From Candidatus Latescibacterota bacterium (GTDB lineage Bacteria; Latescibacterota; UBA2968; UBA8231), in the NCBI GenBank assembly GCA_965221775.1, contig CBDCSU010000005.1, positions 1,376,001 to 1,440,000 on the forward strand: a stretch of DNA of 64,000 bases, written 5' to 3'. Positions 37,432-47,469 of this stretch are shown piece after piece. Made by a program: the position numbers and the translations under genes. The notes beneath the pieces are model-generated. The model did not search any database. It had not been told where the DNA came from and was given only the letters and a program-made list of their open reading frames with translations. Each line of letters opens with the position of its first letter. Positions within the stretch are counted from its first letter, which is position 1.

Positions 37432-37523
37432 TCCGCCGAATCACCCGCTGAGTTTCCGCCGAATCACCCGTTGAATATCCGCCGAATCACCCGCTGAGTT
37501 TCCGCCGAATCACCCATTGAGGC
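37432..37523. repeat. Four tandem 23-bp direct repeats
   Basis: Invariant TCCGCCGAATCACCC followed by gctgagtt / gttgaata / gctgagtt / attgaggc, at 37432, 37455, 37478 and 37501. Confidence 0.95.
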
Positions 37524-37562
37524 TTGCGGTACTCGGTGGACGGGTCTACTCTAGACCCCCGG

Positions 37563-38813
37563 ATGGAATACCTGCCGAGAATCGCCGATGCCGAGTTGTC
37601 CGAGTTGCTCGGAGCCGCGGGTGCGGTCCTCGTGGAAGGGCCCAAGGCGTCCGGGAAGACGGCCACTGCCATGCAGGCCGCCCACAGCGAGGTGCTGCTC
37701 GATGTCGACGACAATGCCCGGCGGCTGGTCGGCGCCGACCCGGAAGCGTTGCTGATGGGGGACACGCCGCGGCTGATCGACGAGTGGCAGATCGAACCCG
37801 CCATCTGGAACCACGTGCGCAGAGCCGTCGACCGGAGCGCGGCCCCCGGGCGGTTCATTCTCACCGGTTCGGCCGTCCCCGCCGACGAGATCACGCGTCA
37901 CACCGGGGCCGGCCGTTTCGCCCGCCTGCACATGCGCCCCATGTCCCTCTTCGAGAGCGGCCACTCCACCGGTGAGATCTCCCTGCGCCGCCTCCTGGAC
38001 GGCCGCGAACAGCGGGCGGAGCGATCCGAGCTGCCGGTTCGGACGGTGGCCGAGCTGGTCTGCGCCGGGGGCTGGCCGGCCAACATCGGCAAGGCGCTTC
38101 CGCAGACCCTGCGCGCCAACCGCGCCTACCTTGACGAGATCCGCCGCACCGACGTATCGACGGTCAGCGGCGGGACACGGGACCCGGTCAAGGTGGGACG
38201 ACTGCTGCGGTCGCTGGCGCGCAACATCGCCACCCCCGTGGCCATGTCGAAGCTGACCATCGAAGCCGGCGACCCCAGCGCGCCTCTGAAGGCGGACACG
38301 GCCGCCGGCTATCTCGACGCCCTGCACCGGCTCATGGTGGTGGAGAACCAGCCGGCCTGGTCCCCTCACCTGCGGTCGCGCACCACACTGCGGGAGGCGC
38401 CCGTCCGGCACTTCGTCGATCCCTCGCTGGCGGTTGCGGCGTTGCGGGCCACCCCGGAGCGCCTGACCGCGGATCTCGAGTTCCTCGGCCTCCTCTTCGA
38501 GTCGATGGTGATCCGCGACCTGCGGGTCTACGCCCAGGCCGCCGACGCGCAGGTCTTCCACTACCGCGAGAAGGAGGGGCTGGAAGTGGACGCCATCGTC
38601 GAGGCGGCGGACGGACGCTGGGCCGCCTTCGAGATCAAGCTGGGGGAGCGCTGGGTGGACGACGGCGCCAGGAACCTCCGCCGGCTGGCCCGCCGGCTGG
38701 AGAACAGCGACCACGAGCGGCCCTCCGCCCTCGCGGTCATCGTGCCGGCCGGGTACGGCACCGCGGGAACCGCGGACGTGGGAGTGATCCCCGTCGGGGC
38801 CCTGGGGCCATGA
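37563..38813 (+). CDS. AAA_14 + DUF4143 ATPase with C-terminal PD-(D/E)xK-like domain
   Basis: GPKASGKT, LIDEWQ, FILTGS, GGWP, GLLFESMV, EVDAIVE...AFEIKLG. Confidence 0.9.
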   Translation: MEYLPRIADAELSELLGAAGAVLVEGPKASGKTATAMQAAHSEVLLDVDDNARRLVGADPEALLMGDTPRLIDEWQIEPAIWNHVRRAVDRSAAPGRFILTGSAVPADEITRHTGAGRFARLHMRPMSLFESGHSTGEISLRRLLDGREQRAERSELPVRTVAELVCAGGWPANIGKALPQTLRANRAYLDEIRRTDVSTVSGGTRDPVKVGRLLRSLARNIATPVAMSKLTIEAGDPSAPLKADTAAGYLDALHRLMVVENQPAWSPHLRSRTTLREAPVRHFVDPSLAVAALRATPERLTADLEFLGLLFESMVIRDLRVYAQAADAQVFHYREKEGLEVDAIVEAADGRWAAFEIKLGERWVDDGARNLRRLARRLENSDHERPSALAVIVPAGYGTAGTADVGVIPVGALGP

Positions 38814-39805
38814 CCTTCCGGGTTCCCTATGAGCGCATGCTCGGCGAGTTCGAGCGCGCCCTGGCGGCCTCCGGCTTCGACGAGGCGGACGCCGCGGCGC
38901 TGGCGCGGGTCTTCGCCGACAACACCTGCGACGGCGTCGCCTCCCACGGAATCAACCGCTTCCCCGGTTTCGTGCGCGACGTGCGCGGCGGGCGGCTCCA
39001 CCCGGCGGCCCGGGCCCGGCGGGTGGCGGCCCTCGGGGCGCTGGAGCAGTGGGACGGCCACCGGGGCCCCGGCATCCTCAACGCCCTCGCCTGCATGGAC
39101 CGCGCCGTCGAGCTGGCCCGCGAGCACGCGGTGGGCGCCGTGGCCCTGCGCAACACCAGCCACTGGATGCGCGCCGGCACCTACGGCCTGCGGGCGGCGG
39201 CGGCGGGCTGCATCGGCATCTGCTGGACGAACACGACGCGCCTGATGTCGCCCCACGGCTCGGCCGAGAAGCGCCTGGGGAACAACCCCCTGGTGATGGC
39301 GGTGCCGGCGCCCGGCGGCGACCCCGTGCTCCTCGACATGGCGATGAGCCAGTTCTCCGGGGGCCGCGTGCAGATCCACGAGCGCAGCGGCGAGCCCCTG
39401 CCCGTGCCCGGCGGCTACGACGCCGAGGGCCGGCTCACCACCGACGCCGCGGCCCTGGAGCGCCCCCTCCCCATCGGCCTCTGGAAGGGCAGCGGCCTGG
39501 CCCTGTGCCTGGACCTGGTGGCCGCCCTCGTCTCCGGGGGCCGCACGACGGCGGAGATCTCGCGGGAGCCGAAGGAGGCGGGGGTGTCGCAGATGTTCCT
39601 GGCCATCGATCTGCGGCGGGTCGGGGATCCCGAGCGGGTGCAGGCGGCCGTGGAGGACTCCCTGGCCGACCTGGCCTCGGCGGGGTCACTGCCCGGGCAG
39701 CGGGTCGCCTGGCCCGGCCAGCGCAGCGCCGAGCGCCGGCGCGAGGCCCTGCGCCTCGGGGTGCCGGTGGAGCGGCGGTTCTGGGAGGAAGTGCTGGAGT
39801 TGTAG
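38810..39805 (+). CDS. yiaK: 3-dehydro-L-gulonate 2-dehydrogenase (Ldh_2 family)
   Basis: DGVASHGINRFP, SHWMRAGTYG, LDMAMSQFS, WKGSGL. Confidence 0.82.
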   Translation: MTFRVPYERMLGEFERALAASGFDEADAAALARVFADNTCDGVASHGINRFPGFVRDVRGGRLHPAARARRVAALGALEQWDGHRGPGILNALACMDRAVELAREHAVGAVALRNTSHWMRAGTYGLRAAAAGCIGICWTNTTRLMSPHGSAEKRLGNNPLVMAVPAPGGDPVLLDMAMSQFSGGRVQIHERSGEPLPVPGGYDAEGRLTTDAAALERPLPIGLWKGSGLALCLDLVAALVSGGRTTAEISREPKEAGVSQMFLAIDLRRVGDPERVQAAVEDSLADLASAGSLPGQRVAWPGQRSAERRREALRLGVPVERRFWEEVLEL

Positions 39806-39811
39806 GGCGTG

Positions 39812-42730
39812 TCAATACCCGAAGATGTCCTCGACTCCGACCTCGACCACCTCTCCGAAACGCCTGAGCTCGTCCAAGTCGATCTTCGATCCATCCCCGA
39901 CGATGGAGATCATCTTCGGCCGCCCCTCGATATGTCCCGCATGGTAGTCGAGCAGCTGGGGGAGTGAGGCGATCCTGACTTGCTCGAAACGCCAGGCCCG
40001 TGGATCGACAGGGACCTCCTGACGTTCCCATTTGCGCACCGCCCCCAGCACGTCCCTGAACCCGAGCCGCCGGGTGCGGTACTGCTCGACGAGTGCCTTT
40101 CTCGCAGCGGCGAAGCGCTCCTCCGATTCGGGAATGTCGTCGATCAGCGCGATGAACGCTCCCGCGGCCTCAGGCGCTTTGTCCGCCTGAGAGCCGATGA
40201 AGCCGGAGAACAGATCGTAGGCCTCCTTGCGGTCTCCGTGGAACTGCCAGGCCCAGGCCGAGTACGCCAGGCCCCTCGCTTCGCGCAGCTCCTGGAAGAC
40301 GATGCCGGCCATGCCTCCGTAGAAGTACTCGTTGAAGAGATCGATCTGAGGGCGCCTGTCCTCGCCGTAGGTCTCACCCCCCGACTCGATGCGCACCAGG
40401 GCCTGGGCCATCTCCTTGTCGAAGAACAGGATCTCCGTCTCCGCGGGACGGCGTATCTCCAAGGCCTCAAACGGCGGCGGGGCCCTCAACTCGGCCGCGG
40501 GGAGGACGTAGCGCTCCAACAGCGTCTCCACGACCTGATCGATCGGCAGGGAACCCGTATACGATACATCGTGCTCGTGCGACAACAGGTTGCCGGCCAC
40601 GGCATGCAGCTCCCCCACCGTCAGGTGCTGGAGCTGCTCGTTCGACAGCACCCGCAGGTAGGAGGAGTTGTCGCCGTGACGGTTGAACCCGAACAGGGCC
40701 CGGTGAACCGTGTTGTGATCCTTGACGGCATCCTGCCGCTCCACGAGGAGGATCTCGATCAGCTCGTCAAGAGTGGAATCCGGCGCCGTTGGCTGCAGCA
40801 GCGCCGACATCATCAGATCGATGGAGGGCGCGAAGTTCTCGTCCAATCCCGAGATCGAGATCGCCGTGGAGTGATCGCCGGGGGAAAAGGAGAACTCGGT
40901 CCCGAGACGATACCACTCCTTCTTGAGCTCCTCGGAGCTCAGGCCACCGGCACCGGACTTGTCGAGCAGCCGCCCCGCCATCGCGAGCCGGCTCGCAGCC
41001 AGCTTGCCGACGTCGACCGAGATCTCGAGCGAGAACAGGTCGTTCAGCGGATTGGCCGCATAGTACAGATCGACCCCGTCGCGCAGTCTCTTCCTGGTGA
41101 AGTCCTTGCCGGGTATCACGAATACCGGCTCGATCTCCTCACTCGGCAGAGCGAGGATCTCGGCGGCGAAGGCTGACTCTCTCGCCGGATCGATGGCGAT
41201 CGCATCGAGCACCGGTTTGTCGATCACCGGAAGGGAGGGCTCGCCATCACGGCGGTAGCCGGCAACGTAGCCGTCGCCGAAGTACTTCCGGGCCACCTTG
41301 ACGATATCCTCCTTGCGCAGTGCCGCCATGCGTTCGAGCTTGCGGCGGGCGTGGTCCCACTCCTGGAACGACAGGAAGGCCTGGTGCATCAGCGCCACTC
41401 GGGAGCTGTTCGACTCGAGCCTCCGGCGGTAGGTCTTCTTCCAATCGGTGACGATGGCCGGAATGATCCAGTCTTCGAAACGGCCCGACTTGATCAGGTC
41501 CAGCTGCTCCACCAGGAGCGCCTCGACTTCCTCCAGCGTCTGTCCCTCCTTGGGCACTCCATACAGGTACTGGGCTCCGTAGTCATTGCGGTTGTGGTGT
41601 GACGTAGTCCACGAGCCGGCGCGGCGCACCCGCTGTCTCTGATTGAGGTTGAGGTTGATCAGCCCGGCGGTGGCGTTGTCCAGGATGTAGTCGAGGACCT
41701 GCAGCGCCTCGGTGTGCTCGTGGGTGCTCGGGGCGGTGCGAAAGGCCAGCAACACGTACTCCTCGCCCGGGTAGACGACTTCGACGCGCTCGATCTCCTT
41801 CAGCTTCTTCTCTCTCCACTTCTTCGGCTTCGGCAGCTCGCGCCGTTCCCACCTGGAGAACTCCCGGTCGATCAGCTCGATGGCTCGCTCCACGTCGACG
41901 TCGCCCGAGATGATCACGGCCATGTTGTTCGGCACGTACCACGTCCGGTAGTAGTCGTACATCAGCTTGAGAGATGGGTTCTTCAGGTGTTCCACCGAGC
42001 CGAGGGTCGTCTGCTGTCCGTAGGGATGCACCTTGTAGAGGTGCCGGTTCACCGCATCCCGGATGAGCTGGTGCTTGTTGTCGAGGGAGCGGTTCTTCTC
42101 CTCGTACACCGTTTCCAGCTCGGTCTGAAACAGTCTGAAGACCGGCTGCGCAAACCGCTCCGCCTCCAGCTTCGCCCAGTGGGCGAGACGATTCGATGGC
42201 AGGTCGACTTTGTACACCGTCTCCTCGACCCAGGTGTGGGCGTTGAGACCCTCGGCGCCGAGGGCGCTGTAGATCCTGTCGAGCTCGCCGGGGACGGCGT
42301 ACCGGGATCCGAGCTGCCCTTGTTCGTTGATCAGGGCGTACAGCTCCCGGCGCTTCGTCGAATCGATCTCTGCGAAGTGCTGCTCGTAGAGAGCTACGGT
42401 GCTGTCGAGATGAACCCCCTCGGCCTCGTAGTCGAGAGTGCCGAGCCGGGTGGTCCCCTTGAACAGCATGTGTTCGAGGTAGTGGGCGATCCCCGTCGAT
42501 ACCGCCGGGTCGTGCTTGCTGCCCGCCCTGACGACGATCTCGGCGTAGAACCGCGGTTTCTGATCGTTCTCGCTGAGATAGACGGTGAGGCCGTTCTTCA
42601 ACCGGTACACGTGAACGGCCATGGGATCGGCCGGATCCGGTGCATGAATCAGCGTGGGCTGGGACCAGGAGGTGGTGGCGACGGCGAGGACGGCCGCGAT
42701 CCACCATGCCCTGGCGAAGAAGCGGGTCAT
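39812..42730 (-). CDS. Secreted M16 (insulinase) family zinc peptidase
   Basis: Signal peptide; AHYLEHMLFKGT (HxxEH); FQELREARGLAYS. Confidence 0.93.
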   Translation of the reverse strand: MTRFFARAWWIAAVLAVATTSWSQPTLIHAPDPADPMAVHVYRLKNGLTVYLSENDQKPRFYAEIVVRAGSKHDPAVSTGIAHYLEHMLFKGTTRLGTLDYEAEGVHLDSTVALYEQHFAEIDSTKRRELYALINEQGQLGSRYAVPGELDRIYSALGAEGLNAHTWVEETVYKVDLPSNRLAHWAKLEAERFAQPVFRLFQTELETVYEEKNRSLDNKHQLIRDAVNRHLYKVHPYGQQTTLGSVEHLKNPSLKLMYDYYRTWYVPNNMAVIISGDVDVERAIELIDREFSRWERRELPKPKKWREKKLKEIERVEVVYPGEEYVLLAFRTAPSTHEHTEALQVLDYILDNATAGLINLNLNQRQRVRRAGSWTTSHHNRNDYGAQYLYGVPKEGQTLEEVEALLVEQLDLIKSGRFEDWIIPAIVTDWKKTYRRRLESNSSRVALMHQAFLSFQEWDHARRKLERMAALRKEDIVKVARKYFGDGYVAGYRRDGEPSLPVIDKPVLDAIAIDPARESAFAAEILALPSEEIEPVFVIPGKDFTRKRLRDGVDLYYAANPLNDLFSLEISVDVGKLAASRLAMAGRLLDKSGAGGLSSEELKKEWYRLGTEFSFSPGDHSTAISISGLDENFAPSIDLMMSALLQPTAPDSTLDELIEILLVERQDAVKDHNTVHRALFGFNRHGDNSSYLRVLSNEQLQHLTVGELHAVAGNLLSHEHDVSYTGSLPIDQVVETLLERYVLPAAELRAPPPFEALEIRRPAETEILFFDKEMAQALVRIESGGETYGEDRRPQIDLFNEYFYGGMAGIVFQELREARGLAYSAWAWQFHGDRKEAYDLFSGFIGSQADKAPEAAGAFIALIDDIPESEERFAAARKALVEQYRTRRLGFRDVLGAVRKWERQEVPVDPRAWRFEQVRIASLPQLLDYHAGHIEGRPKMISIVGDGSKIDLDELRRFGEVVEVGVEDIFGY

Positions 42731-42861
42731 GGCGATTCTCTCAGGTGACGGGAGGTGAGATAGACAGGAGTGTACAGGGGACACGTGAACCCTGGCCAAC
42801 TCGATGCACGCCCCTTTGACCTCGGACCATCGGGAGGTCCCCCGGTACTGACGCGACACGT

Positions 42862-43953
42862 TCAGCCATCCAGCTCCGCCGCCGCCCGGGCCCGCGCCGC
42901 GGCGAGGAAGGGCTGCACCTCGACGGGGACGCCCGTGCGGCAGCTCTCGATGGCGGCGAAGACCATGGCCACCGATTGCAGGTTGGCCTCCACGTGGGTC
43001 TCCATCGGCTCTCCCCCGTCGAGCCATCGGACGAACTTCTCCACCAGCCAGGCGTCGCTCCACTTGCGCTGCTCCAGCAAGGGGACGGGCTCGCCCTCGC
43101 CGTGGCGGACGCCGACCGAGCGGGCCTTGCCATCGTGGTCGAAGCGCTCGATCTCACCGTGATCCATGATCAGGGTGGCCAGCTCGCACTCGGCGCGCAG
43201 GTACTCCCGGGACCAGCCGTTGAGGCCCACGGCGTTGGTCTTCGCCCCCTCGTAGACGGCGCGCACGCCGTTCTCCAGCTGCATCGTCACCAGGGCCTGG
43301 GAGTCGCCCTGGTATGCGCTCCACGGGGGATTCCACGTCTGGGCGTAGATCGTGCGGCAGTCGGCCCCGCCCATGTCGGCGAGGATGTCGAGGTGATGGA
43401 CCGCGCCTTCGATCAGGAGGGGATCCTCCATCTCGTAGCGGAAGACTCCCCAGTCGCCGTGCTCGCGCATGTCGCAGGTGAAGCGCAAGACCAGGTAGTC
43501 GATGGCGCCGCAGCCGCCCGACCTGAGGGCGTCGTGGAGGGTCCTCTTGCTCTGGGCGAAGCGGTGGCTCATGGTGACGCCCATCTTCCGCCCCGCCCGC
43601 CGCACCTTCTCGGCGATGCGGCAAGACCCCGCGAGGGTGTCGGCGATCGGTTTCTCCGAGAGGACGTGCATGTCGCGGGCCAGGGCCGCGTCGACGACCT
43701 CCTCGTGGAAGGCGGGAGGCACGACGATGCTGCAGAAGTCGGCGTCGTTCTCGGCGAAGGCCCGCTGAAGGTCGGTGTAACACTTTTCGGGCGGCAGACC
43801 GAGAAAGCCCCGGGCGTTGGCCAGCGCCTCGGGGTTGGTGTCGACGGCGGCGACCACCTCGATCAGACCGTCCGCGATGTTGGGAGGGAGGATGCCCTGG
43901 CACCAGGAGCGGCCCCGCCCGCCCGTGCCGACCTGGATCATTCTGCAGGTCAT
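42862..43953 (-). CDS. Gfo/Idh/MocA oxidoreductase
   Basis: QVGTGGRG, HVLSEKP, VHHLD. Confidence 0.9.
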   Translation of the reverse strand: MTCRMIQVGTGGRGRSWCQGILPPNIADGLIEVVAAVDTNPEALANARGFLGLPPEKCYTDLQRAFAENDADFCSIVVPPAFHEEVVDAALARDMHVLSEKPIADTLAGSCRIAEKVRRAGRKMGVTMSHRFAQSKRTLHDALRSGGCGAIDYLVLRFTCDMREHGDWGVFRYEMEDPLLIEGAVHHLDILADMGGADCRTIYAQTWNPPWSAYQGDSQALVTMQLENGVRAVYEGAKTNAVGLNGWSREYLRAECELATLIMDHGEIERFDHDGKARSVGVRHGEGEPVPLLEQRKWSDAWLVEKFVRWLDGGEPMETHVEANLQSVAMVFAAIESCRTGVPVEVQPFLAAARARAAAELDG

Positions 43954-43960
43954 GGTGCCG

Positions 43961-44848
43961 CTACATCTGCGGTGCCCAGTCGCCGCCGGCCCGGTCGAAC
44001 TGCTCGTAGAACGACGTGACCACCCCCTCGGGCAGATCGCCCCTGGCGATGATCTCCATGTTCCTCTCGGCGTTCTCGACGCGGGAGGTGCCGGCGATGG
44101 CGGTGTCCACCGACTCGTGGGAGAGACAGAACCGCAGCGCGATCTCGACGCCGTCGGCGGGGGCGCCTTCGGGGACCTCCATGCTCTTGGCCCGCTCCCA
44201 GTAGACGTCGGCGTAGCTGTAGCGCGACGCCTCGGTCTTGAAGGCGGCGTTGGCCAGGGGACGCTTGGCGATGACCCCCATGCCGGCCGCCCGCGCCGCC
44301 GGCAGGACTTCCCGCCGCGCCTCCTGGTCGACGACGTTGTACGAGGTCTGCAGGGTGCTGAAGACGCCCATGCCGATGGCGTGAAGGGCGGCCTCCCCGT
44401 CGCCGCTGTAGCCGACGTAGCGCACCTTGCCCGCCTCCTTCGCCCGCAGCACGGCCTCCACCGCCTCGCCCTCGGCCAGCACCTCCGTCGAGCAGCTGTG
44501 GAGCTGTACCAGGTCGATGCGGTCGGTCCGCAGGCGCTCGAGGGACCGGTCGATGCTGTGGGCGATGACCTCCGCCGACCACTCCTTGCCGGTGGCGCCG
44601 CCGGTCACGTGGCCGCACTTGGAGGCGAGGACGTACTCCTCCCGCCGGCCGCCGATCGCCTTGCCGATCTGCTCTTCGCTGTCGTGGTAGCAGGCGGCCG
44701 TGTCGACGAAGTTCACCCCCATGTCGAGGAGGCCGTTGAGCAGCCGGTCGCTCTGCTCCGGGGTCACGTCCTCGTAGCCGATGCGGGCGCCGCCGAAGCC
44801 GAGGCGGGTGACGGTGAGGTCGGTCTGTCCGAGGGTGCGGGTCTCCAT
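43961..44848 (-). CDS. Aldo/keto reductase
   Basis: DTAACY, SKCG, SLERLRTDRIDLVQLH. Confidence 0.93.
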   Translation of the reverse strand: METRTLGQTDLTVTRLGFGGARIGYEDVTPEQSDRLLNGLLDMGVNFVDTAACYHDSEEQIGKAIGGRREEYVLASKCGHVTGGATGKEWSAEVIAHSIDRSLERLRTDRIDLVQLHSCSTEVLAEGEAVEAVLRAKEAGKVRYVGYSGDGEAALHAIGMGVFSTLQTSYNVVDQEARREVLPAARAAGMGVIAKRPLANAAFKTEASRYSYADVYWERAKSMEVPEGAPADGVEIALRFCLSHESVDTAIAGTSRVENAERNMEIIARGDLPEGVVTSFYEQFDRAGGDWAPQM

Positions 44849-44849
44849 G

Positions 44850-46274
44850 TCATTCTCCAGTTGCTGTGAGGATCCAGTCGCGCACCTGGTCGAGGACCTC
44901 GGGCGAGAGCGTCTCCTCGATGGCGGAGTACTCGTCGATCCGGCCCGTGGTGGCGCGCTGGAAGAGGTGGTTGTGCCCGCGCAGGCTGCGCACCGTGATG
45001 TTGCGGTTGCCGCCCGCCTCGAGGGCCGCGGCGATGGCGGTCAGGTTCTGCCGGCCGTCGACCTGCAGGTCCAGCTCGCCGTTGAGGGCCAGGACCGGCG
45101 CCCGGACGGCTCCAAGGACAAGACGCGGATCGAAGGCGAGGAAGTATCGCATCCACGGATCGAGGGCCTGGTCCACGGCGGCCTGCACCTGGCTCTCGTC
45201 CTGCTGAGCGGCAGGCACGCCGTTGGCCTCGAACTGGCGGCGGACGATCTCCTCCACCTCGGGGAGCAGATCCGCCCCATCCCGCTTTGAGGTCAGGGCC
45301 GCGAAGAGCTGGTCCAGGAGGGCGAGCAACGCCTGGCGGTGGCCCACCGGCAGGCCGGCGGCCTCGAAGAGACGCTCGTTCTGCCGGCGCAGCAGCTCGG
45401 CGCCCGGCACCCCGGGCCCGGCCAGAAGCACGACGAAGGCGATGTCCTCCCGTTGCGAGGCGACGATGGCGGCGATGGCTCCGCCCTCGCTGTGTCCCAT
45501 CAGACCGACAGGGCCGATGCGCCCGTCGCGGCGGAGGAAGTCCACGGCCGCGGCGGCGTCACCGGCGAAGTCGGCGGTGGTGGGCGGCTGCGGATGAGGC
45601 GTCGACCCGCCGGCGCCGGCGTCGTCGACGCGCAGCACCGCCACGCCGGAACGGGTCAGGTGATCGGCCCAGACGAGGAAGGGCCGGTGGCCGAAGACCG
45701 TCTGGTCGCGGTCCTGCAGGCCGCTGCCCGAGATCAGCAGGGCCGCGGGGAAGGGGCCCTCGCCCGGCGGCACGGTCAGGGTGCCGGCGAGGGTGACGGG
45801 ACCGCTCCGGAAGCTGACCTCTTCAGTCTCGTAGGGATAGGGGGGACGGGGCTCCTGCGGGCGGGCCGGCCCGGGGACGGCCTGCCGCGAGAGGCGGAAG
45901 CCGAGGTCGGCGGCGCCCTGGGTGAACCGGCCGCTGATGACGTCACCGTCAAGGGTGCCTCTGAAGGTTGGATGGCCCGGAACGCCCCCGATGGAGAAGC
46001 TGACTTTGGAGGCGTCCTCGCTGACCTCGATCGCCTTCAGCGGGAGGCCGGCTGCGCCTTGGGCGGGGATGTCGATCGACCCGCTCCAGAGCCCGCCGCT
46101 GCTCTCGAGATCGACCTTGACGACCAGGGGCTGGCCGGGGACCTGGATCTCCCCCTCCCAGTGGCCGGCGACCCGGTCGTCGCCGGAGACGGAGGCCGCC
46201 AGCAGCAGCCAGGCGGCCGCCAGAAGCTTCGGTGCACCCATGGGCCGGAGCGGACCGCCCCTCCCCTCAGCCAT
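44850..46274 (-). CDS. Secreted alpha/beta hydrolase
   Basis: ISGSGLQDRD, GHSEG nucleophile motif, GELDLQV, NHLFQ; alternative start 46241. Confidence 0.88.
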   Translation of the reverse strand: MAEGRGGPLRPMGAPKLLAAAWLLLAASVSGDDRVAGHWEGEIQVPGQPLVVKVDLESSGGLWSGSIDIPAQGAAGLPLKAIEVSEDASKVSFSIGGVPGHPTFRGTLDGDVISGRFTQGAADLGFRLSRQAVPGPARPQEPRPPYPYETEEVSFRSGPVTLAGTLTVPPGEGPFPAALLISGSGLQDRDQTVFGHRPFLVWADHLTRSGVAVLRVDDAGAGGSTPHPQPPTTADFAGDAAAAVDFLRRDGRIGPVGLMGHSEGGAIAAIVASQREDIAFVVLLAGPGVPGAELLRRQNERLFEAAGLPVGHRQALLALLDQLFAALTSKRDGADLLPEVEEIVRRQFEANGVPAAQQDESQVQAAVDQALDPWMRYFLAFDPRLVLGAVRAPVLALNGELDLQVDGRQNLTAIAAALEAGGNRNITVRSLRGHNHLFQRATTGRIDEYSAIEETLSPEVLDQVRDWILTATGE

Positions 46275-47310
46275 AGGCCGGGTCCCGCCGACCCCAGGCG
46301 TTTTCGCGCACGACGACGTGCTCCTCGAAGCGCAGGGCGCCGGCCTCGCTGCGGTGGTGGAACCAGTTGTGCTCGATCACGGCCCGGTCCTCGGGGGTCC
46401 CGCGGATCACCACGGCGCGCCGGCCGGGGGCGCGGAAGGTGTTGTGGTGGACGTGCATCCAGCCGCCGGCCACGTTCGTGCCGTCCTTGCGGTCGCGGCC
46501 GCCGTGCATGTCGAAGCAATGGCTGAGGCTGCGCCCCATCTCGACGTTGTTGCGCGCCTCGTACCCCGAGCCGGGGCGACCGGAGCCGGCGATGGAGTGG
46601 CGGTTGGCGTCGAAGAGGTTGCCCTCGATCAGGGACCCGGCGCGGTCGTGGCTGACGCCGTACCCGAGGCCCTGGTACTGGTTGTGGTGAATGAAGCAGT
46701 GCTGCACGCGGTGACCGTCGCCGCCCGCGAGATAGACGGCGCCGTGGCTCCAGCCGGCCAGCTCGCAGTTGTCGACGCGCAGGCGGGGTTCCTCCGTCTG
46801 AACGCCGTCGGAGGTGGGGAACTTGTAGTAGTAGCGGTGTCCGCCGTGGCCTTCGCGGAAGGCGCGCGAGTGGTGCTCCAGGCACTGGCGCGGGTTCGGC
46901 CCCTGGAGTCGCAGGCCGGTGACGCGCGCGTCGGGCCCCGTGACCCGGATCAGGGGCCGGGTGGCGAAGGTGTCGGAGCGGATCAGGCCGCCGGGGGCGC
47001 CGCGGATGCCGCGGTCGCTGGCCAGGGTCACGCCGCCGGACAGCTCGAGGACAAGCTCCTCCACGTAGACCCGCTCGGTGCACTCGATGACGGCGTCTCC
47101 CGCCACGTACACGGTGTCGCCGGAGCGGGCCGATGCCAGGGCCTCGAGCAGTTCGTCGAGAGTGCGGACGGGCGAGCCGGTGGGGCGCACGACCTCCCGG
47201 TAGCCGGCGCCGCCGCCGAGGGGGTAGCCGCGGGTGCCCACGGCACCGCAGGCCCGGCGGCCGCGGCCGGTGCGGGTCGGGCCGTGGAGGGTGGATCGGG
47301 CGTTGAACAT
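46267..47310 (-). CDS. Right-handed beta-helix (pectin-lyase-like) protein, copy 1
   Basis: VDNCELAGWS, IHHNQYQGLGYGV, IEGNLFDANRHSIAG, FDMHG. Confidence 0.8.
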   Translation of the reverse strand: MFNARSTLHGPTRTGRGRRACGAVGTRGYPLGGGAGYREVVRPTGSPVRTLDELLEALASARSGDTVYVAGDAVIECTERVYVEELVLELSGGVTLASDRGIRGAPGGLIRSDTFATRPLIRVTGPDARVTGLRLQGPNPRQCLEHHSRAFREGHGGHRYYYKFPTSDGVQTEEPRLRVDNCELAGWSHGAVYLAGGDGHRVQHCFIHHNQYQGLGYGVSHDRAGSLIEGNLFDANRHSIAGSGRPGSGYEARNNVEMGRSLSHCFDMHGGRDRKDGTNVAGGWMHVHHNTFRAPGRRAVVIRGTPEDRAVIEHNWFHHRSEAGALRFEEHVVVRENAWGRRDPAYG

Positions 47311-47469
47311 GGGAGGCCTCCTCGCTCACCGACGCAACGCGCCGGGGGATGACGTCAGGGTGCTACTGCTGGGATGGTGTCGACGAGTTCGGGGGGGCTG
47401 TACCCGCCTGGGAGGAACACCGGCGGTAAAGGGCGCGAGACCAGATTGGTGGCTTTCCCGACGCGGGGG

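Noticed and set aside
37432-37523. CRISPR array interpretation of the 23-bp repeats
   Set aside because: Units are contiguous, the variable part is only 8 nt and recurs, there is no palindrome, and no cas genes are present.
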